Virus record (IMG/VR): IMGVR_UViG_2703718837_000003 | Location: 1 to 15,472 of that record | Source: a virus | Taxonomy: Duplodnaviria; Heunggongvirae; Uroviricota; Caudoviricetes | Length of the DNA: 15,472 nucleotides | Strand: one strand, 5' to 3' | In this document: in pieces, positions 10,770 to 15,472 of the stretch | How positions within the stretch are numbered: position 1 is the stretch's first letter | Layout: each line of letters opens with the position of its first letter | The notes under the pieces: generated by a model | Databases searched by the model: none | What the model was told of the DNA's origin: nothing | What the model saw: the letters and a program-made list of their open reading frames with translations, nothing else | Position numbers and translations under genes: made by a program

Positions 10770-10940
10770 ATGTCAGAACGTAAAGACTCAAAATCACGCC
10801 GTAATTATCTCGTTAAATGTTCCTGCCCAAACTGCACCCAAGAGTCAGAACACAGTTTTTCAAGAGTACAAAAAGGTGCCCTTTTGATCTGCCCTCATTG
10901 CAACAAAGTATTCCAGACAAATCTTAAAGCTGTAGCCTGA
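10770..10940 (+). CDS. Zinc-ribbon microprotein (56 aa, CxxC...CxxC), possibly YnfU
   Basis: MSERKDSKSRRNYLVKCSCPNCTQESEHSFSRVQKGALLICPHCNKVFQTNLKAVA with two CxxC pairs and AGGA ~8 nt upstream of the ATG. Length and location fit a Qin zinc-binding microprotein recalled as YnfU, but the name is not certain. Confidence 0.5.
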   Translation: MSERKDSKSRRNYLVKCSCPNCTQESEHSFSRVQKGALLICPHCNKVFQTNLKAVA

Positions 10941-10994
10941 TTGATTTTATTAGTAACAAGTATTTTTATATTTTAATAATATATTTAAAGCAGA

Positions 10995-11022
10995 TAATAA
11001 AAAACCCGCCTGAGCGGGTTTG
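10995..11022 (-). terminator. Rho-independent terminator downstream of cspB
   Basis: Stem CCCGC-CTGA-GCGGG; on the minus strand it is followed by TTTTTTATT. Confidence 0.6.
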
Positions 11023-11302
11023 AGATTGTGGTGCTTTTTGTGGGAGTCATCCACTTACGCACTTTGTTTTGCCATGCCAGCAGTTAGCTTCTGCTGTAAA
11101 ACTATTCATGCAGCAAACCTGCACTTCACCACAATGGTTAGCATACTTTTCCTGATTAAGATTTTGCCAAATATGCTGGCCATTGTTTCATGTATTGGAC
11201 CTCCTTAATTTTTATTAAAGAAATCCAATATTCACTACTCTGTCCGTATCTCTACTCAGGCATCAGCCTTCTTCGTTATCGTATACAGACGAGCGATGAA
11301 TT

Positions 11303-11518
11303 TTAATCAGTAATGATGACATTTGCTGCTGCAGGACCTTTAGCACCACTCTCTATAGAGAAGGTAACCTTTTGACCTTCAAATAAGGTTCGATAATTAT
11401 CATTCTGAATCGCAGAAAAATGCACAAACACATCTTTACTACCATCAACAGGAGAAATAAAGCCGAAACCTTTATCAGCGTTAAACCATTTTACTAAACC
11501 AGTCATTTTATTTGACAT
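11303..11518 (-). CDS. cspB: Cold-shock protein CspB
   Basis: The 71-aa product [71 protein letters not shown] matches CspB. Confidence 0.95.
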   Translation of the reverse strand: MSNKMTGLVKWFNADKGFGFISPVDGSKDVFVHFSAIQNDNYRTLFEGQKVTFSIESGAKGPAAANVIITD

Positions 11519-11828
11519 TCTACATTCCTTAACTTGAGCCTTTCGGCATAAATGGTTTGCATAACAGAAACGACTTCGTACTTAATTGGAGAGACTCAAA
11601 GAAGGAATAAGTGAATAACACCTGAAATGAGAACTGCTTTAGTAAACTACTTCGTATATCGTCTGTTCTTCAAACCGACGCAGTCATTAACTCATAGTTG
11701 AACATATGAAGCAATGTTTATTTTAGACATCCAGCCACCTTCAATCCTATCAAAAAAGTAGTTTTCTCCAGGAACGTGTGTATGGTGCACCAGGTTATCA
11801 GTATTAAGGAGTTTTTCTGTCCCCTAAA

Positions 11829-12019
11829 ATGACAGGAATTGTCAAAAACTTTGACTACAAAAGCAGCAAAGGTCTTATATTCCCATCCGATGGCGTATCG
11901 ATGCCCAGCTTCACGTTTCAGCTCTCAATCTTCGAGATGCAGAAGAAATTACCACAGGATTACGCGTGGAATTTTGCCGGATAAATGGTTCGCGTGGACC
12001 TTCAACTGCCAATGTTTAT
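11829..12019 (+). pseudogene. cspF: cspF-like cold-shock-domain gene, apparently frameshifted
   Basis: The N-terminal half of the cold-shock domain ([22 protein letters not shown]) is in one frame from ATG 11829. The C-terminal half ([42 protein letters not shown]) is in the -1 frame, consistent with a 1-bp deletion near 11893. The C-terminal frame then has no stop until 12355. Confidence 0.5.
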
Positions 12020-12061
12020 CCCGGGATGAGATTCAATATCTCTATTGCCCCATTTAAAGCA

Positions 12062-12100
12062 CAAAAACCCGCTTATAAGCGGGTTTTCTACTTTTTTCTA
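12062..12100. terminator. Bidirectional rho-independent terminator (candidate tR' for the late promoter and terminator for cspF)
   Basis: Stem AAACCCGC-TTATAA-GCGGGTTT flanked by an A-run on the left and a T-run on the right, so it can terminate either strand. Confidence 0.6.
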
Positions 12101-12133
12101 AACGTCGGATACACAAAGCCCATCGTTGAGAAA

Positions 12134-12162
12134 ATCTTATCCATGTTTTTTGAAAAATGCAA
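12134..12162 (-). promoter_or_regulatory. Candidate sigma-70 late promoter (PR'-like) immediately downstream of the Q gene
   Basis: Minus-strand TTGCAT, 17-nt spacer, TAAGAT, ~30 bp downstream of the Q stop and ~40-65 bp upstream of the bidirectional terminator, as for lambdoid PR'/tR'. Confidence 0.35.
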
Positions 12163-12193
12163 ACATCATGTCGCCATCTTCAGCAAAAATCAT

Positions 12194-12946
12194 TTATCTC
12201 GTCACCTTCCTCAATTGCGCTTCCGCGTATGCTTCTTCCTGCCAGCACTTTGTTACCAGTTTACCAATGACGTCCGCATACCCCTTATACCACTGATAAT
12301 CGGTCAGGTCTGGTACCAGCTTCTGGACATGACGTCGTGCCAGCGTGGTCGGTAAACGACTAAACCGGTTTCCATTACAACGCCCACAAATCTTATATAC
12401 CGGTACGCCATGAAACCGGGTTCTTTTTTCATCCAGAACAATCCCTTTACCCTTACACCCTCTGCACGCTGTGCTGACTTCGCCCTTACCATGGCAATGC
12501 TGACATAGTTCCTTCACCCATTCTTCCTTGATTACAGATTCCCCGCGTCTGTAGTGTTTCACCACTTCGCGCAATACATTATAAAATCCCGTACCTGAAC
12601 AATGCTCACAGCGAGCCTTACTTGCCGCAGACCTGGAGTAATCAGCAAAGGCAAAATTCACGAGGTAAGGAATAATCTGTAACCGGATTTCTTCACTCAA
12701 TTTGTTCAATGTCGGGTTATCCAGTGCCATCGCGTAATTTAGCAGGCCTTCAATCGCAAACTGAGCGTCCTGAACACCAACTTTTGCCAGAAATAAGGCC
12801 AACCCAAGTGGTGCTTTCGACTGCACCATCCCCTGCGCTGCCATTACATCCGTAATTGTTAAACAACCGGTGCCTGTCGCTGGAGCGTCATCGCTCAATT
12901 TTGGAGATTTTGGGGAGTAATATTTTGGTAAGGCTTCAAGGTTCAT
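12194..12946 (-). CDS. quuQ: Late-gene antiterminator Q (phage-82-type)
   Basis: 250 aa from [10 protein letters not shown]... with multiple CxxC zinc-binding motifs, matching the remembered QuuQ/82-type Q family. GGAG lies 8 nt upstream of this ATG; the track ORF starts 10 codons earlier. Confidence 0.85.
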   Translation of the reverse strand: MNLEALPKYYSPKSPKLSDDAPATGTGCLTITDVMAAQGMVQSKAPLGLALFLAKVGVQDAQFAIEGLLNYAMALDNPTLNKLSEEIRLQIIPYLVNFAFADYSRSAASKARCEHCSGTGFYNVLREVVKHYRRGESVIKEEWVKELCQHCHGKGEVSTACRGCKGKGIVLDEKRTRFHGVPVYKICGRCNGNRFSRLPTTLARRHVQKLVPDLTDYQWYKGYADVIGKLVTKCWQEEAYAEAQLRKVTR

Positions 12947-12959
12947 GCTCGTTCTCCAC

Positions 12960-14009
12960 TTACGCCAGTACGCCAATTGCCAGTGCGCGATCGATAAAAC
13001 GAAATATCAGCTCCAGTTGGGAGCCATACTTCTCTTCAAATGCCACTGTATCCGTATGCAGCTCGTTGTGATGCTTTCTGCACAAAGGCAACACAAAGAG
13101 ATCATGTGCTTTTGTTCCCATTCCGCCCTGCCCGTGACCAATCAGATGATGCGGATCGTCGGCTGGCATACCGCAGCAAGCACACGGCTGTGTCTTAACC
13201 CAACGTGTGTATTTCTCCTTAACCCAGCGGCGACGTTTAGGCAGCTTCATGAAAGATTCCGGAGACTCTGGATCAACGGTGATGCTTACCACCGTCTTTT
13301 CCTGTGGTGGTTTTTGTTGCTGGTGGGCGTAAGGCAACGGTGCAAGATTTTTTGTGCGTTGTTTCAATATGCTGGTGGCGGTCTGCTCTCCCGGTACGAT
13401 GTCGCTCTCGCGGTACACCGAGCAGATTTTTTCCGCTGGTAATCCCAGCGAACGACGTAATACCGCTTCCGGTAGCGCGTCCGCCACCTGATTGCGGACC
13501 GCCCACCAGGATAATTCAGCCAGAGATAATTCACGCTCCTGCGTACCGCTTATTGCGTGACGGATGACGTCAATCACCCATGCTGTCAGATTTTGTTGAG
13601 CAAGCAGCTCCAGTGATTCCGATGTCTGGTCACGTAGCTGGTTGTCGCAGTGCCAGCACAACACCATTGCGCCGGTACCATAACGGTGAATGACGGTTTC
13701 GCTGTGATGATAATCGCCGTGTGGCCACTGGCAGGATTTAATATGGCGCAACAGCCAGTCAGACAATGCACCAGCACCACCAGCAGCACGAATCACCCGT
13801 GCGTTACTGAAAAACGGCAGCAATGTTTTGTCTTCCACCAGCGGCTGGCGAACGGCAGGAACGACCCCGGACGGCAGATTACGCATGCTTTTCGGTTCCG
13901 GTTCCACCAGCACTCGAGGATTATGAAATATCTGTATGGATTCACGGCCCGGCTTAAGGACCACCAGCCCAAGCTCAGGCACCAGAACAGGTCTAAGTAA
14001 TACCCGCAC
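12960..14009 (-). CDS. ydfU: DUF968-family protein YdfU with a C-terminal HNH-like motif
   Basis: The C-terminus carries CACCG...DDPHHL...KAHD...CRKHHNELH. The probable start is the GTG at 14007-14009 with GGAGG 3 nt upstream, giving 349 aa; the track ORF starts at an upstream GTG (14048). Confidence 0.75.
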   Translation of the reverse strand: MRVLLRPVLVPELGLVVLKPGRESIQIFHNPRVLVEPEPKSMRNLPSGVVPAVRQPLVEDKTLLPFFSNARVIRAAGGAGALSDWLLRHIKSCQWPHGDYHHSETVIHRYGTGAMVLCWHCDNQLRDQTSESLELLAQQNLTAWVIDVIRHAISGTQERELSLAELSWWAVRNQVADALPEAVLRRSLGLPAEKICSVYRESDIVPGEQTATSILKQRTKNLAPLPYAHQQQKPPQEKTVVSITVDPESPESFMKLPKRRRWVKEKYTRWVKTQPCACCGMPADDPHHLIGHGQGGMGTKAHDLFVLPLCRKHHNELHTDTVAFEEKYGSQLELIFRFIDRALAIGVLA

Positions 14010-14010
14010 G

Positions 14011-14289
14011 TTACCTCCAGATCCGTTGCTGGAAAGTGCGGGACGCACGTGGTGGGCGTTCGGAATAAGGCAGCCTGACAGAGATTATCCAGTGCCGATA
14101 GTCGAGACTGAGAGCTTTCTTAACCTCGAACCCGCGCCTGCGGTAAGAATGAATCAGCCATTCGGCCTGTTCTGCAGTGCATGGAGGGTGCTGGAACCAT
14201 TCAGACTTGAATGCGTGAGAATACCGCCCGTGCGTGCAGGCAAGAACGGGCGAATTATCAGAATTGTAATATTTTACGTTGCGTGCCAT
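14011..14289 (-). CDS. Hypothetical protein (92 aa), translationally coupled to ydfU
   Basis: ATG with GGAG 8 nt upstream. Its TAA stop is 1 nt from the ydfU GTG start, and its last codons contain the ydfU Shine-Dalgarno. No recognised homologue. Confidence 0.5.
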   Translation of the reverse strand: MARNVKYYNSDNSPVLACTHGRYSHAFKSEWFQHPPCTAEQAEWLIHSYRRRGFEVKKALSLDYRHWIISVRLPYSERPPRASRTFQQRIWR

Positions 14290-14355
14290 CGGTTTTCTCC
14301 GGTGGCACGGTGTTACTCAGCGGGAGTTCAGCCCCGCGCAAGATTGTAGATGAGT

Positions 14356-14607
14356 TTATTCTTCTGCAAAAGCTGAAAAGCCTGCTTTTATTCCGATCTC
14401 TTTCAGTGCCTGTAATGAAGTGACAAACTCACCTTCGCGCAAGATAAATCCGTCTGTCACTCGACCATCCACAAAATTAATTAACGCAGCCCCATTCTTT
14501 CGCAAACACATAATGCGGTAATGACTAACAATATTTCCATTTTCAACGCACACAGCATAGAGGCCATCTTCACAAAAAATTTTACGCAGTTCTTCGATGT
14601 TCATCAT
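14356..14607 (-). CDS. rem: Small prophage protein Rem (83 aa)
   Basis: 83-aa ORF MMNIEELRKIFCEDGLYAVC... with GGAAGGA upstream. Called Rem from its length and position between ydfU and hok in Qin; the sequence itself is not remembered, so this is a synteny call. Confidence 0.55.
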   Translation of the reverse strand: MMNIEELRKIFCEDGLYAVCVENGNIVSHYRIMCLRKNGAALINFVDGRVTDGFILREGEFVTSLQALKEIGIKAGFSAFAEE

Positions 14608-14722
14608 CAGAATCCTTCCGGATAATTAGCTCTCCCCTTTAAGGGACCATCCCTCTTATCCCTGCGCGCTACTTAAGTATTTTTGATTCTATTCCGGCAC
14701 CGTCCAGAACTTCAAACGCGTT

Positions 14723-14757
14723 GAAAATAAAAACAAAAACCCGCCGAAGCGGGTTAA
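14723..14757 (-). terminator. Rho-independent terminator downstream of hok
   Basis: Stem ACCCGC-CGAA-GCGGGT; on the minus strand it is followed by a long T-rich run. Confidence 0.6.
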
Positions 14758-14823
14758 GTGCGGGTGCGTTGAAGATGCCTGCCACATCAGAGGTGGCGAG
14801 GGATTTCTCCCTCGCCGGGTCTC

Positions 14824-14979
14824 TTACTCCTCAGGTTCGTAAGCTGTGAAGACAGCGACCTCCGTCTGGCCGGTTCGGATTCGTACCTCGCAGAGGTCTT
14901 TCCTCGTTACCAGTGCCGTCACTATGACGGTTAAACAGATGACGATCAGGGCGATTAACATCGCCTTTTGCTGCTTCAT
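14824..14979 (-). CDS. hokD: Hok-family membrane toxin (type I toxin)
   Basis: MKQQKAMLIALIVICLTVIVTALVTRKDLCEVRIRTGQTEVAVFTAYEPEE (51 aa) matches the Hok/Gef family. A perfect 9-bp hairpin (GGCGAGGGA-TTTC-TCCCTCGCC, 14794-14816) follows the stop. Confidence 0.85.
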   Translation of the reverse strand: MKQQKAMLIALIVICLTVIVTALVTRKDLCEVRIRTGQTEVAVFTAYEPEE

Positions 14980-15036
14980 AGCCTGCTTCTCCTTGCCTTT
15001 CGGCACGTAAGAGGCTAACCTACATGTGTCTAGCAT
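14824..15036 (-). CDS. Mok-like overlapping reading frame (in-frame N-terminal extension of hok)
   Basis: The 70-aa frame MLDTCRLASYVPKGKEKQAMKQQ... resembles chromosomal Mok proteins (MokC-like N-terminus, from memory). Confidence 0.45.
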   Translation of the reverse strand: MLDTCRLASYVPKGKEKQAMKQQKAMLIALIVICLTVIVTALVTRKDLCEVRIRTGQTEVAVFTAYEPEE

Positions 15037-15456
15037 GAAATTGGCCTCAGATTAATGTTAAGCGTCTTGCAGGACGCGTAATGTTAACTGGGGCTTTTCT
15101 CTATCTGCCTTTGGTGTTCATGCCCGAGGCAGATAGCCTCAAGCACCCACAGCCATTCTACTTAACTACCGTTACCTCGCCAATATGAAATCAGTCAGAA
15201 AGGCGATCCATAAGAACAATAGCAAGACAATAAATCGCCATTACAGCCGTAATAGCCAGCGCACATTTGAGAACCAGCACCACAACCTCCTGTATTGGAC
15301 GTAGACCAGTCCTGATGAATATGAGGCTGTCTCGTCAGTGATTCAATACAACTATTGGGTATAGTTTCTCTGATTTTTTCTGTGGAAATGGGGCACAACC
15401 ACTAGTCACCACCAGCACTTCTTTTAATACGCAAAGTCCGACACAAGCTAACCTTC

Positions 15457-15472
15457 TAGACTGGCCCCCTGA
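15457..15472 (+). mobile_element. Left terminal inverted repeat of IS2, truncated by the window edge
   Basis: The last 16 bp, TAGACTGGCCCCCTGA, match the remembered IS2 left end (TAGACTGGCCCCCTGAATCTCC...). Only 16 bp are visible. Confidence 0.5.

Noticed and set aside
11020-11208. 62-aa plus-strand ORF and several 11-19-codon minus-strand mini-ORFs in the cspB 3' region (one preceded by AAGGAGG)
   Set aside because: Too short and unconserved to call. The plus-strand ORF has no start signal. The mini-ORF after AAGGAGG might merit ribosome profiling but I cannot support it as a gene.
11966-12355. 129-aa plus-strand ORF extending from the cspF remnant into the Q gene
   Set aside because: It is the unterminated continuation of the frameshifted cspF C-terminal frame, running antisense through quuQ and across a strong terminator.
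13273-14349. Overlapping track ORFs around ydfU (13273-13506, 13304-13567, 13586-13789, 13650-14000, 13936-14349)
   Set aside because: They are alternative frames of the ydfU region with Arg/Pro-rich or otherwise non-protein-like products.
15195-15398. 67-aa minus-strand ORF upstream of hok/mok
   Set aside because: Cys/Gly-rich product with no ribosome-binding site, lying where hok leader structure is expected. Probably non-coding. I also checked this interval for RelE or RelB and found none.

Overview
This window looks like the late region of a defective Qin-like lambdoid prophage of Escherichia coli, not an undescribed system; all calls rest on reading the ORF translations against remembered lambda and E. 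coli K-12 proteins, with no database search. Left to right: a Pin-family serine invertase (+), then on the minus strand a 1431-aa composite ORF in which the first ~270 aa of a lambda A-type large terminase run in frame into a lambda Stf-like side tail fibre and then into Tfa, preceded by a Nu1-like small terminase and a lambda-like cosN. Next comes an AT-rich cargo island (two small hypothetical ORFs, ydfO, gnsB, ynfN, cspI), a phage-21-type lysis cassette (pinholin, ydfR, SAR endolysin, Rz with embedded Rz1), a zinc-ribbon microprotein, cspB, a frameshifted cspF, a candidate late promoter and terminator, the Q antiterminator, an HNH-motif ydfU with a coupled 92-aa gene, rem, and a hok/mok toxin locus. 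The last 16 bp match the left end of IS2. The head and most tail genes are missing, so the element appears packaging- and morphogenesis-defective. The most useful follow-ups are the terminase-tail fibre deletion fusion, the retained cos site, the hok/mok locus without relBE next to IS2, and the small uncharacterised genes.
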